Shown piece by piece: positions 18,994 to 28,710 of a stretch of DNA of 64,000 bases. The stretch is from Candidatus Daviesbacteria bacterium. Lineage in GTDB: Bacteria; Patescibacteriota; Microgenomatia; Daviesbacterales; UBA10151. The stretch's first letter is position 1. Every line of letters begins with the position of its first letter. The notes beneath the pieces were generated by a model. The model searched no databases and had not been told where the DNA came from. It saw nothing but the letters and a program-made list of their open reading frames with translations. The stretch covers positions 354,634 through 418,633 of the forward strand of contig JAQTZF010000001.1 of NCBI GenBank assembly GCA_028687915.1, written 5' to 3'. Position numbers and translations under genes: made by a program.

Positions 18994-19508
18994 AAAGATA
19001 TGGGTATTTTGGAAATACTTACTGATTGAATTTTTTCATCATTATTTAACTTTGCAGTCATAAAAAAGAGAGATTTTTCTTCTACTAAATCCTTAAAGCA
19101 ATAATTTAAATCATCAACTAACTCGAAATTGCTATCTAAAACTTTATCCTTATTTATCCAAATCAATTTTCCATCATCTGTATTTTCTCCAAGAGGGATC
19201 TCTTTTGAGGTAATTTTAATCTTAAAAAAACACATAACCCAATCTTCGCTGTACCCACCCTCTAGTTTTACAATTCCTGCTAACTTAATATTTTCTGGAG
19301 AAACTTTGTAGCCTGTTTCTTCCTCTGTTTCTCTAATTGCAGCATCTAAATAATTTTCTCCTGGTTCAACTCTACCACCAACACCATTAAGTCTATTGGG
19401 GTCAAGCTTTTTATGTTTTCCTCTGTGTAAAAAGAGATAATCATCTCCACAATAAAGGAAATTTGTGACAGAACATTGAACTTTTCTAATATATTTTTCT
19501 TCGTCCAT
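18990..19508 (-). CDS. NUDIX hydrolase (MutT/8-oxo-dGTPase-like)
   Basis: GGRVEPGENYLDAAIRETEEETG Nudix box. Confidence 0.9.
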   Translation of the reverse strand: MDEEKYIRKVQCSVTNFLYCGDDYLFLHRGKHKKLDPNRLNGVGGRVEPGENYLDAAIRETEEETGYKVSPENIKLAGIVKLEGGYSEDWVMCFFKIKITSKEIPLGENTDDGKLIWINKDKVLDSNFELVDDLNYCFKDLVEEKSLFFMTAKLNNDEKIQSVSISKIPISL

Positions 19509-20086
19509 TAAATGCTAAGTTTTTTGATACGGTAAACAGTATGACCGCTTCTTTTCTTTACTTCTTTTACATTAAGTTGGTGTTCTCTTCCTATTTTTGG
19601 TATTAAACGGTTTAAAGCATTTACTACCACAACCCAAAGTTCTCCTTCAGGATTTAATTGTTTAAAAGGCTCTAATATAAACTCTTGTGTAATTGCTTCA
19701 TCTCCAATTTTTGCAGGAATGTTGGATACTATTAAATCAAATGTTGTATCTGTAACTTGTTCCATTCCAACACTGCCAAAAACATCTGCATTATGAATAT
19801 TGTTTTTTTCTATGTTTAATTTTGTATAACGTACCGCCAATAAGTCTCTGTCTACCATAGTGACTTTTGCCTGAGGGTATTTTTTAGCTAATACTATTCC
19901 CAGAGGTCCATAACCACAACCCAAATCGAGTATAGTTTTAGGACTGGTATGTAGATTAATGGAACGAAGTAATACATCTGTACCATGATCTACATCAAAT
20001 GTTGAAAATAAAGTATTTCCTACATTAAATGTAAAGTTTTCTTTATTAAAAGAGTACGTAATTTCTTTTTTAAAATATATATCCAT
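19508..20086 (-). CDS. small SAM-dependent methyltransferase (RsmC/MTS family)
   Basis: VDHGT, LDLGCGYG, SNIP motifs. Confidence 0.88.
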   Translation of the reverse strand: MDIYFKKEITYSFNKENFTFNVGNTLFSTFDVDHGTDVLLRSINLHTSPKTILDLGCGYGPLGIVLAKKYPQAKVTMVDRDLLAVRYTKLNIEKNNIHNADVFGSVGMEQVTDTTFDLIVSNIPAKIGDEAITQEFILEPFKQLNPEGELWVVVVNALNRLIPKIGREHQLNVKEVKKRSGHTVYRIKKLSI

Positions 20087-20124
20087 GAGTGCAAGTATAT
20101 CCCAAAGCTAAAATAAAGTGAAAT

Positions 20125-20712
20125 CTATTCTTGAATAGCTAGCTGTTTGCGTCTTATAATGAGTATTAATGTAAATAATCCATTGGCTATTGCTAAGGAA
20201 ATAGGGTACAACCAAGTTATAATACTGTATTCCTGTAAAGCAAAAAAACTTAAACTATGTCTAAAAGTATTTAATTGATATGAAAATAAAGTTTCAGAAT
20301 AGGGTTTGTTCCATGATTTTCTGATGGTTGGAATATATCCCAAGACAGCAACGATTGAAACTAATATTATTGATAACACTGGTTGTTTAATCACTAACCA
20401 CAAAAAAAGAGCAATAAGCGAGAGGATAAAAAAGGTTGTATCGATTTTAGTAATATCTTTTTTGCCATTGCGTAATCCAAGTATAAATATGGTTGAGCAT
20501 GATAGAACAATTCCGAGTGTTACCCATGATCCTGTACCTGCTCCTGCACTAACTTGAAGACCAAATGTGATGGCAGCAACTAGTCCCCAAATAAACCAGG
20601 TATAAACATGTGGTGATGTTTTTTGTTTTAAGGTATCTCTAATATAAGGAACATAACCAAAAAAAGTGAGGAATATTGCAATTAGGCTAATATATATTTT
20701 TATATTCTCCAT
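20125..20712 (-). CDS. membrane protein with two PQ-loop-like repeats
   Basis: Repeated GYVPYIRDT / GYIPTIRKS, multiple TMs. Confidence 0.65.
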   Translation of the reverse strand: MENIKIYISLIAIFLTFFGYVPYIRDTLKQKTSPHVYTWFIWGLVAAITFGLQVSAGAGTGSWVTLGIVLSCSTIFILGLRNGKKDITKIDTTFFILSLIALFLWLVIKQPVLSIILVSIVAVLGYIPTIRKSWNKPYSETLFSYQLNTFRHSLSFFALQEYSIITWLYPISLAIANGLFTLILIIRRKQLAIQE

Positions 20713-20742
20713 GTATTCAGTATAACAACTTTATGCTGAAAT

Positions 20743-21909
20743 TTATGAAAAAATATAGAGTTCTTCTTCTGCTCTGGTAATAGCTGTATATAACCATCTG
20801 GCAAAAGTTTCATCTGTCATTTGTTTAAACCTTTCCTCGAAAAGAATAACTCTTTTTGCTTGTGAACCTTGGGCTTTATGTACTGTTATGGCATATCCAA
20901 AATCAAACAAATCACCTTGCATAATAGTTGCTCTTTTTTCTGTAAAATTCATTGGTGTATCAGAATTAAATTGATCTACGGAAATTAAACCATCATAATT
21001 TCCCTCTTCTCCATCCATGTTAATTTCTGCCTGATACCAACTTTTATCCTTTTTCTCAATATAAATTATTGTTCCAAGCATTCCATTAAAGATATGTTTT
21101 TTATGGTTATTACGCAAACAAATAACCCTATCACCTGATTTGGGATCAACAGATTCAAATCCTTTTGCCTGACGGATAAAATTATTTAACTTTCTTCTGG
21201 TACTGTTATAACCACAAAGGACTAAAGTATCACTATTTATATTCTGCAGCATTTCTTCCATCTGTTCTTGTCCATCAATATCACCACTCGAATATTTTTT
21301 GACATAAGGTGAATATTTTCCAGGTAAAATTTCTCCCTTTTCTCTTGCTTCAATAGAAAGATTAATAATTGGATTCTTTTTAGCTTGCCGGTGAATTTCT
21401 TCTAACCTTAAATCTGGTTTTTGCATCAAATTAAAACTTCCTTTAATTGGTGGTAATTGTCCGTGATCACCAACCACAATAATTGGTACATGATAAGAAA
21501 GAAGATGTTGCCAGACTGTTTCATCAACCATTGAAGCCTCATCAATAATAATTAAATCTCTATCTATTTCTTCTTTGGTTTGCCAGCCAATAATTTCTTC
21601 TTTGTCATTTACAATTGGGGAGTAAATTAAAGAATGAATTGTGCTAATGGAGTCTTCATTTGAAAGAGTGTCTTGGTTTTTTAATTTAGTTTTTAAGACC
21701 AGAGCAGCTTTACCTGTGTAACTAGCAAAGCCAATCTTTAGATCTTTATTTATTTTCTTTAATTCTTTTCTTAAAACAGCAATAAGAGTTGTTTTTCCTG
21801 TTCCTGCATATCCTCCCAGACTGACATATTGCATAGAATGCCTATCATTTTGGTACCAAAAAAGTAAATCTTTTAAAGCTTTTTGTTGGTCTGGAGATAG
21901 GGTAATCAT
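20743..21909 (-). CDS. SF1B (RecD/Dda-like) helicase
   Basis: GYAGTGKT, DEASM, GDHGQLPP, YAITVHKAQGS, YTAITRA. Confidence 0.9.
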   Translation of the reverse strand: MITLSPDQQKALKDLLFWYQNDRHSMQYVSLGGYAGTGKTTLIAVLRKELKKINKDLKIGFASYTGKAALVLKTKLKNQDTLSNEDSISTIHSLIYSPIVNDKEEIIGWQTKEEIDRDLIIIDEASMVDETVWQHLLSYHVPIIVVGDHGQLPPIKGSFNLMQKPDLRLEEIHRQAKKNPIINLSIEAREKGEILPGKYSPYVKKYSSGDIDGQEQMEEMLQNINSDTLVLCGYNSTRRKLNNFIRQAKGFESVDPKSGDRVICLRNNHKKHIFNGMLGTIIYIEKKDKSWYQAEINMDGEEGNYDGLISVDQFNSDTPMNFTEKRATIMQGDLFDFGYAITVHKAQGSQAKRVILFEERFKQMTDETFARWLYTAITRAEEELYIFS

Positions 21910-22005
21910 ATTAAGAGTTCTAATATATCAGATAGTAATCAGCAAGGAAACTCTATTAATTACTCTGGTTTATATGGATTTTTTTTGCTATACTAAGCAT
22001 GAATA

Positions 22006-22683
22006 ATGGCACGTTTTGCTAGCCCACAAAATAAGCTATTTGAATTCTTTTCAAATCATCAGCCTTTTACTTATAAAAAAGGTGAAATTGTCATCAGAGT
22101 TGGAGAAAATCCATCAAACGTCTTCTTTATAGAAGAAGGATATATAAAAGTATATTCTCTGACAGAATCAGGCGAAGAAAATCTTCATTTTATTTATAAA
22201 CCTTTTGAAATATTTCCTATTGTCTGGATGTTTAGTGAAAAAGCCTCACAGGTATTTTATGAAACAATGTGTTCAGCAAAGCTCCGAAAGGCTTCAAAAG
22301 ATGCTTTTTTAGAATTTTCTAAAATAAATTCTGACGTCATGTTTTCTCTGATGGAATACACTACAGATATTCTTCATGCTTTTTTTGAAAGAATTCATAA
22401 CTTGGGATTAACTAACTCCTACCCACGTATTATTACCAGACTACTTCTTTTGGCAAAACGATTGGGAAGAGAGGTAAATGGAAAGATTGTTTTTGATGTT
22501 CCAATGACACAAAAAGATATTGCAAATTCCATCAATATGACCCGTGAAACAGCTAGTAAAGAATTAAATAAATTAGCCAGAAAACGAATTCTTAAATGTA
22601 GTGATCGCTCTTCTTTGGAGATATATAATTTGGCAAAGCTTGAAAAACAACTTGCTTTACACTACGCAGAAAAATCATCTTAG
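22006..22683 (+). CDS. Crp/Fnr family transcriptional regulator
   Basis: cNMP-binding-like N-domain and HTH TQKDIANSINMTRETASKEL. Confidence 0.93.
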   Translation: MARFASPQNKLFEFFSNHQPFTYKKGEIVIRVGENPSNVFFIEEGYIKVYSLTESGEENLHFIYKPFEIFPIVWMFSEKASQVFYETMCSAKLRKASKDAFLEFSKINSDVMFSLMEYTTDILHAFFERIHNLGLTNSYPRIITRLLLLAKRLGREVNGKIVFDVPMTQKDIANSINMTRETASKELNKLARKRILKCSDRSSLEIYNLAKLEKQLALHYAEKSS

Positions 22684-22701
22684 CCTCCATTACTCTTTGT
22701 C

Positions 22702-22717
22702 TGTGACTAATTTCACA
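22702..22717. promoter_or_regulatory. CRP-type operator TGTGA-N6-TCACA
   Basis: TGTGA CTAATT TCACA, a perfect core consensus between the crp-family gene and the KGG gene. Confidence 0.8.
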
Positions 22718-22808
22718 CACCATGTATATTTATTTTTATAGAAGGAAGTATTGTGCTGTCATACAATACGGCTGTACTTAAATTAATAAAAGGAAGGGGG
22801 TGAGGGAC

Positions 22809-23024
22809 ATGACAGACGACAGCACAAGAGGATTTGGTTCGATGGATGAAGAGAAGAGAAAAGAGATAGCTCGAAAAGGTGGTCAGGCATCACATGGTGG
22901 GCAAAATATGAAAGCATCTTCGGATATGGATGAAGGAAAAGGACGTCAGGGTGATCAGTCAGAAAATATGAAAATGGGGGAAGAAGGAATGGGTTCAGAA
23001 GATATGATGGGTGAAGGCAGCTAA
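22809..23024 (+). CDS. KGG-repeat general stress hydrophilin (YmdF/GsiB-like)
   Basis: RGFGSMDEEKRKEIARKGGQASHG; G-rich SD; ATG 22809 preferred over GTG 22800. Confidence 0.85.
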   Translation: MTDDSTRGFGSMDEEKRKEIARKGGQASHGGQNMKASSDMDEGKGRQGDQSENMKMGEEGMGSEDMMGEGS

Positions 23025-23037
23025 AATAACTTCTCCA

Positions 23038-23067
23038 AACAGGCTGTCTCCCGGGAGGCAGTCTGTT
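23038..23067 (+). terminator. stem-loop between convergent genes
   Basis: AACAGGCTGTCTC-CCGG-GAGGCAGTCTGTT. Confidence 0.65.
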
Positions 23068-23103
23068 GCATGGTAAGCAGGCTAATTAATAGTTTTGTAA
23101 GTA

Positions 23104-23985
23104 TTATTTAGGAATTATTATTCCTGAAACTGTTGTAGTATCTTTAGGAGGTGTTTCCCATTTTTGCCATAAATTCAAATACCATCCAGGAAATATATAT
23201 TTTTCTGGATTACGGTAAAAAATATTTGCATTAAGTTCTCCCCATATTTTATAAGCCTCAGGCCATTCATCTGTAGCTGGCCTTCTCATTAGAGAGGAAA
23301 CTTTACTTCTATCAACTAGGTCATCAATTCCAATTTTTGATAGATGAGTTATTTCTTCATCATTAGGAATATTTGCTAATCCAAATTCATCAGCTAACAT
23401 ATTCCAAAAAGGATATCTTTCAAATTTAGCTAAAGTTTTTCTTGAAAATTCTAGAAGAGATATATAGTCTTTATTTCCACATCGGATATCATGTAATATT
23501 TCACAAACTGCATCCCACTTATCTGCAACATCTACTATTTGCGCCTCAGGTGTTTCTTTTTGTATTAATTCACCTTGTTCAGAAACATAAAGTTTATATA
23601 AAGGGCTGTCTTCAGGATAGCAATATAAATATCTTGCTAAAGCTATTCCAGCTGTTTGTTCCTGTGCTTTTAAATGCTGAAGTTGTTCGATGCTCAGCTG
23701 TCTTTTAACTGGTGCAGGAATATCAGTTGTAATTAGCTCGGGATCATCATGTCTAAGTCCCATACGAAAAGTTTTTTGTGCATCCAAAGAGTAGGGTGTA
23801 TCAACTCTAGTTGAAATATAAATACTTAAAACTTTTGAAAGATATCCAACTCTTCTGATATGTGTCCAAAGATCTGGTCGGTGAATCATTTCTAGGCCGT
23901 CATACCGCTTAATATTTTGCATGCAATTTACCCACAAAAGATTGATATCATCTCCGTGACTTATTCCATCAATTCGATCTGGCAT
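23104..23985 (-). CDS. HD-domain protein (YfbR/5'-deoxynucleotidase-like)
   Basis: IKRY...H...HDDPELITTDIPAPVK...ADKWD. Confidence 0.75.
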   Translation of the reverse strand: MPDRIDGISHGDDINLLWVNCMQNIKRYDGLEMIHRPDLWTHIRRVGYLSKVLSIYISTRVDTPYSLDAQKTFRMGLRHDDPELITTDIPAPVKRQLSIEQLQHLKAQEQTAGIALARYLYCYPEDSPLYKLYVSEQGELIQKETPEAQIVDVADKWDAVCEILHDIRCGNKDYISLLEFSRKTLAKFERYPFWNMLADEFGLANIPNDEEITHLSKIGIDDLVDRSKVSSLMRRPATDEWPEAYKIWGELNANIFYRNPEKYIFPGWYLNLWQKWETPPKDTTTVSGIIIPK

Positions 23986-24051
23986 AGTGGGGTGAATTGT
24001 AAGACTTGTCTTATAAATTGTAAATTGGCTAGGGAAGAAAATGATTCTTGA

Positions 24052-24606
24052 TTAGCTACTTATTGTTTTGCTAAAGAGTAATACTTCTTTGCCTGTTTCT
24101 TTATATCCAGCTCTTCTTAATACCTCCTGAGAAGGTTTATTAGTATTAGCAACAATACCATATAATTCTTGATAACCTAAATGATTAAATGCATAATCTG
24201 TAAGTAGATTTACAGCTTTTGTAGTATATCCTTTACCTGTTGCCTCTTTTCCTAAGTAGTAGCCAATTTCTCCTTTATGAGGATTGTCTTTTTCCGGAGT
24301 TAAATTAATACTACCAAGTAATGTTCCTTGTGCATCCCTTATTCCAAACCTCAGTCTGTCTGGATTAGACGGCTGCAAAATACTGATTTCAACTGACTCT
24401 AATGTAGGATACTTATCAGATGTGTCTTCCTCATTTTGTGATAGATGTTCTCTGTTTCTATCAATTAATTCAAAGATTTCTTGTGTATCTGAAGGACTGA
24501 ATTGTTTTAAGATTAACTCTCCATCAGAGGATGTTATTTCTATTAAAGGTTTACTGTGTGGGCTAGTTTCCTTAACTATGTTTACGTCATCCTTTTCTGT
24601 TGCCAT
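24052..24606 (-). CDS. GNAT N-acetyltransferase (RimJ/RimL-like)
   Basis: EIGYYLGKEATGKGY, NKPSQEVLRRAGY. Confidence 0.88.
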   Translation of the reverse strand: MATEKDDVNIVKETSPHSKPLIEITSSDGELILKQFSPSDTQEIFELIDRNREHLSQNEEDTSDKYPTLESVEISILQPSNPDRLRFGIRDAQGTLLGSINLTPEKDNPHKGEIGYYLGKEATGKGYTTKAVNLLTDYAFNHLGYQELYGIVANTNKPSQEVLRRAGYKETGKEVLLFSKTISS

Positions 24607-24805
24607 AACTTTATGAAATATATCATTATTAAAGCTATTTTTAAAGTGAAAGTAAATAAATTTTAGTTCTATTTTAATACCTACCCTTAAAATGTTAAAA
24701 TACGATAGTTATTGCGGGATCGTCTAAAGATAAGCCGAAACTATGTTTCGTCTTGCGAAAGCTTTGCTTTCTTAAGCAAGCTTGCCATTAGTCGATCTAA
24801 TATAA

Positions 24806-24876
24806 TGCGGGATCGTCTAATGGTAGGACGACAGCCTCTGAAGTTGTCTATCTTGGTCCGAATCCAAGTCCCGCAG
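24806..24876 (+). tRNA. tRNA-Gln(CTG), CCA not encoded
   Basis: Acceptor TGCGGGA/TCCCGCA, D-arm, anticodon loop CTCTGAA, T-arm CTTGG-TCCGAAT-CCAAG (T-loop has TCC instead of TTC). Confidence 0.9.
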
Positions 24877-24898
24877 CAGAGTTAATCAAAATTAGAAC

Positions 24899-25513
24899 AT
24901 GAAAATAGTTACCTTGGAAGTAGGAGGTTTGAAGACTAATTGTTATTTGGTTTCTTCAGGTGATGAAGTTGGGATAATTGATCCTGGTGATGATGCTGAT
25001 TATATTATTCGAAAGATTCAAACTGATAATTTAAAACCTGTTTGGATAGCAGTAACTCATGGGCATTTTGATCATGTTTTAGCAGTCTCAGAGCTAGCCC
25101 TAGCTTTTAATATTCCTTTTTATATGCATCCTGATGATGAATTTTTATTAAATCGAGCCAAAGAGACTGCAGAACACTTTTTAGGTGTTTATGCTGATCC
25201 TGTTTTAGTTGAACCTAAAGATTTAAAGGAAGGGGCGAAATTAAAGGTAGGTTCAGAGGAACTGGAGGTAATAGAAACTCCAGGGCATACTCCAGGTGGA
25301 ATTTGTTTATATTCTAAATCTAATAAGGCTTTATTTTGTGGTGATTTGATCTTTGATAGAGGCACAGTAGGCAGAACTGATTTTAAATATTCATCAGAAG
25401 AAAAGATGGAACAATCTATTAAAAAAATACTAAAATTACCTGAAAACGTAACTGTTTACCCAGGACATAGTGATAAAACATCGATTTTTTCCCACAAAAA
25501 AACTCGCACGTAG
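24899..25513 (+). CDS. MBL-fold hydrolase (glyoxalase II-like)
   Basis: THGHFDH, TPGHTPG, GD, PGH. Confidence 0.92.
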   Translation: MKIVTLEVGGLKTNCYLVSSGDEVGIIDPGDDADYIIRKIQTDNLKPVWIAVTHGHFDHVLAVSELALAFNIPFYMHPDDEFLLNRAKETAEHFLGVYADPVLVEPKDLKEGAKLKVGSEELEVIETPGHTPGGICLYSKSNKALFCGDLIFDRGTVGRTDFKYSSEEKMEQSIKKILKLPENVTVYPGHSDKTSIFSHKKTRT

Positions 25514-25521
25514 CGAGTTTT
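25499..25521 (+). terminator. stem-loop at end of MBL gene
   Basis: AAAACTCGC-ACGTA-GCGAGTTTT. Confidence 0.55.
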
Positions 25522-25602
25522 CTTGAAAAACCTATTAAAAAAACAGGTGCATAATTTATATCATTACTTGTTTTCCGGGTCAACTGTGTCATAATATATC
25601 AC

Positions 25603-26166
25603 ATGAACATTAAGCAAGATAAAAACCCAAAAGAGATGCGAGATCGCCCTCTAATTTTTTTGGATATTGAATCAACTGGACTGGAGATTCAAAAACATGA
25701 AATTATTCAAATTGGAGCCTTAAAAACAGACAGCAAGAAGCCTTTTAAGATAGTAGATCAGATTAATATTAAAGTTAAGCCTGAAAGAATAGAAGATGCA
25801 GATAAAGACGCTTTAAAAATCGTAGGATATACAGAGGCAGGGTGGGAGAATGCAATTACCTTAAAAGAAGCCCTCGCTATTTTAGACAAATTTGCTTTGG
25901 GTGGAATTATTGTGGGCTACAATGTTAATTTTGATTGGGCAATTTTAAATCAAGCTTATCATGGTTTAGGCAGAGTTGATCCTTTTTATTATCATCGGGT
26001 AGATGTGATGTCGATGGCATATCTTAAGTTTTTCTCCAAAAAATCTATCAAGAGATTTTCTTTAGGAGAAATATGTACATATCTTGAGATTAAAAGAGAT
26101 GCAGCTCATGATGCTTTGGATGATGCCAGAGTAACTTATCTTGTCTTCAAAAAATTAATGAAGTAA
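25603..26166 (+). CDS. DEDDh 3'-5' exonuclease
   Basis: DIESTG, YNVNFD, HDALDD. Confidence 0.9.
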   Translation: MNIKQDKNPKEMRDRPLIFLDIESTGLEIQKHEIIQIGALKTDSKKPFKIVDQINIKVKPERIEDADKDALKIVGYTEAGWENAITLKEALAILDKFALGGIIVGYNVNFDWAILNQAYHGLGRVDPFYYHRVDVMSMAYLKFFSKKSIKRFSLGEICTYLEIKRDAAHDALDDARVTYLVFKKLMK

Positions 26167-26177
26167 CATTATTCAAT

Positions 26178-26630
26178 ATGATTTATTTAGGAGCAGACCA
26201 TCGTGGATTTGAACTAAAACAAAAACTTTTTCAAAGATTAAAAGACGAAGGTATGATGGTTTCAGATTTAGGTAATGATCACCTTGACCCAAATGATGAT
26301 TACCCTGATTTTGCTGAAAAAGTAGCAGAGGCTACAGTTAGCTCTTTGGAAAATAAAGGAATACTTTTATGTGGTTCAGGTGTTGGTGTAGATATGGTAG
26401 CCAATAAAGTTCCTGGGGTACGTGCTGCTTTGGTAGATGATGTTACTGTAGCAAGGCAGTCAAGGGAACATGAAGATGTTAATGTTATATCTTTGCCTGC
26501 TGATGTATTAGATGAAGAAGAAGCTTGGAATATAATAAAGATATTTTTAAGTACTCCGTTTTCTGGTGATGAAAGACATATTCGACGTTTAGAAGAAGTA
26601 AAAGATATAGAAGAGAAGCATGCAAAATAA
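26178..26630 (+). CDS. rpiB: ribose-5-phosphate isomerase B
   Basis: GADHRG, CGSGVG, ANKVPGVRAA, RHIRR. Confidence 0.93.
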   Translation: MIYLGADHRGFELKQKLFQRLKDEGMMVSDLGNDHLDPNDDYPDFAEKVAEATVSSLENKGILLCGSGVGVDMVANKVPGVRAALVDDVTVARQSREHEDVNVISLPADVLDEEEAWNIIKIFLSTPFSGDERHIRRLEEVKDIEEKHAK

Positions 26631-27276
26631 CTTGATTATTCCCACAATACTTGCAACTACTGAAGAAGAGTATCAAAAAAAGGTTAACTTAATAAATCAA
26701 TCAGAAGATTTAAAAAATGGTTGGGTACAAATTGATATTATGGACAATAAATTTGTTCAAAATAAGAGTGTTGGTATTGATATAATAAAAAAATACCCTA
26801 TCAATTTAAAAGTAGAAGCTCATTTAATGGTGAATTACCCAGAGAATTGGATTGATGGATTGTTTGAGATTGGTGTAGATAGAATTATTTTTCCTGTAGA
26901 AGATAGTGAGGGGATAAAGGAAAGAATTACACATATTAAAAACCACGGGATTGAAGTAGGTTTAGCACTTAATCCTGAGACACCAGTAGAGAAAGTGATG
27001 CCATATATAGATTCAATTGATACTTTGCTTATTTTATCTGTTCATCCTGGTTTTGGTGGACAGGAATTTATTCCTGAAACTATTAATAAAATAAAACAAG
27101 TTGTACTTCAAAAAAATCAAAGTTCTTTTAAGATAGAGGTAGATGGGGGAATTACAGTAGATAATATAAAGGATATTGTAGAAGCAGGAGCAGATGGTAT
27201 AGTAATAGGAGAGAGACTAATTTATGGAGACATTAGAAAAAATCTGGAAGAAATTAACCAAAAACTTAATCGTTGA
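26620..27276 (+). CDS. rpe: ribulose-phosphate 3-epimerase
   Basis: DIMD, HLMV, SVHPGFGGQ, EVDGGI. Confidence 0.93.
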   Translation: MQNNLIIPTILATTEEEYQKKVNLINQSEDLKNGWVQIDIMDNKFVQNKSVGIDIIKKYPINLKVEAHLMVNYPENWIDGLFEIGVDRIIFPVEDSEGIKERITHIKNHGIEVGLALNPETPVEKVMPYIDSIDTLLILSVHPGFGGQEFIPETINKIKQVVLQKNQSSFKIEVDGGITVDNIKDIVEAGADGIVIGERLIYGDIRKNLEEINQKLNR

Positions 27277-27895
27277 AAAAGCTAAAACTATTGAAAAGGT
27301 AGCTGTTTTTGGTTTTGCTGATGCTGCTCCGGAGAGTAAACTTTACAAAGATGCTTATCGTGTTTGTAAGGTGTTGGCAGAGGCAGGCTATACAGTTGTT
27401 GACGGAGGAGGACCTGGTGTAATGTTAGCTGCTAGTAAAGGTGCTAAAGCAGGACATGGAAAAGTCATTGGTGTAACTTTAAATCCACAAGATCTTACTC
27501 ACTTTGAAGGAAGAAATGATGAAAATATTGTTGATGAAGAAATTAAAACTACAACTTATATTGAAAGAACATTAACTTTAATGCAACAAGGTCAGGTTTA
27601 TGTAATCTTTAATGGTGGAACAGGAACAATTTCTGAATTTGCTATGGCTTGGGGATTGGCTAGATTATATTTTGGTCATCATAAACCACTAATTTTATAC
27701 GGAAATTTTTGGAGAAAGGTTATGAAAGCAATGAGTGAAGGATTTTTATTGCGTCCTGAAGAAAGAGAAGTTTATAAAATTGCAGATAATCCTACGGAAG
27801 TATTAAAAGCTATAAAAGAGTTTGAATGTGAAATTGAATCAGACAGAATAAAAGAATGTAAAATTAGCGGAGAAGACGGTTATAGTTTTTCTTAA
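27224..27895 (+). CDS. LOG family nucleotide monophosphate nucleosidase
   Basis: GGGPGVM and GGTGTISE (PGGxGTxxE-like). Confidence 0.85.
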   Translation: METLEKIWKKLTKNLIVEKAKTIEKVAVFGFADAAPESKLYKDAYRVCKVLAEAGYTVVDGGGPGVMLAASKGAKAGHGKVIGVTLNPQDLTHFEGRNDENIVDEEIKTTTYIERTLTLMQQGQVYVIFNGGTGTISEFAMAWGLARLYFGHHKPLILYGNFWRKVMKAMSEGFLLRPEEREVYKIADNPTEVLKAIKEFECEIESDRIKECKISGEDGYSFS

Positions 27896-27897
27896 AG

Positions 27898-28710
27898 ATG
27901 GATGAAACCGAAAGATTAAATAAAACTGCTAATTTAATTAGACAGGATATTATTAAAATGTTGGTTAGTGCTGGTTCAGGACATACTGCTGGACCATTGG
28001 GTTTATCTGATATCTTTGCTGCTTTATATTTTAGAATCTTAAATCACAATCCTAATAATCCTGAATGGTCAGAAAGAGATAGATTGGTTTTATCTTGTGG
28101 TCATTATTGTCCTGTGCTTTATGCCACACTTGCTCATGCAAAATACTTTCCTCTCTCTGAATTATCAAGGCTTCGTAAAATTGGATCAAGATTACAAGGG
28201 CACCCACATCGGGAATCATTATCAGGGCTGGAAACTACATCCGGACCATTGGGTTCAGGACTCTCAGAAAGTTGTGGTATGGCACTTGCTGCAAAAATGG
28301 ATCACAAAGATTGGAGAGTAATTTGTATACTTTCTGATGGAGAACAAGATGAAGGTAATACATGGGAAGGTGTGATGTTGGCTGCTAAATATAAGCTAGA
28401 TAATTTACTGGCACTCATTGATGTAAATAAAATACAAATTGATGGGTTTACTAAAAATATCATGCCAGTAGAATCATTAAAAGATAAATATCACAGTTTT
28501 GGTTGGGAAGTTTTAGAAATTGATGGTCATGATTTTAATCAGATTATTGAAGCCTTCAGAAAGGCCAAAGAAATTAAAAATAAGCCAACAGTAATTTTAG
28601 CTCATACAATACCGGGTAAAGGAGTGCATTTTATGGAAAATAAATATGAGTGGCATGGTAAAGCACCTACTAAAAAGGAAGGAGAAAAAGCATTAAATGA
28701 ACTTAAATAA
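27898..28710 (+). CDS. transketolase N-terminal (TPP-binding) subunit
   Basis: SGH, LQGHP, GPLGSG, SDGEQDEG..WE...N. Confidence 0.93.
   Translation: MDETERLNKTANLIRQDIIKMLVSAGSGHTAGPLGLSDIFAALYFRILNHNPNNPEWSERDRLVLSCGHYCPVLYATLAHAKYFPLSELSRLRKIGSRLQGHPHRESLSGLETTSGPLGSGLSESCGMALAAKMDHKDWRVICILSDGEQDEGNTWEGVMLAAKYKLDNLLALIDVNKIQIDGFTKNIMPVESLKDKYHSFGWEVLEIDGHDFNQIIEAFRKAKEIKNKPTVILAHTIPGKGVHFMENKYEWHGKAPTKKEGEKALNELK

Noticed and set aside
20743-21909. Dda-like helicase as a defence or phage module
   Set aside because: Stand-alone, with no partner nuclease or mobile-element context visible.
23995-24019. Palindrome TGTAAGAC-TT-GTCTTATA over the HD gene promoter
   Set aside because: Could be an operator, but it is single, AT-rich and has no candidate regulator, so it is too weak to call.
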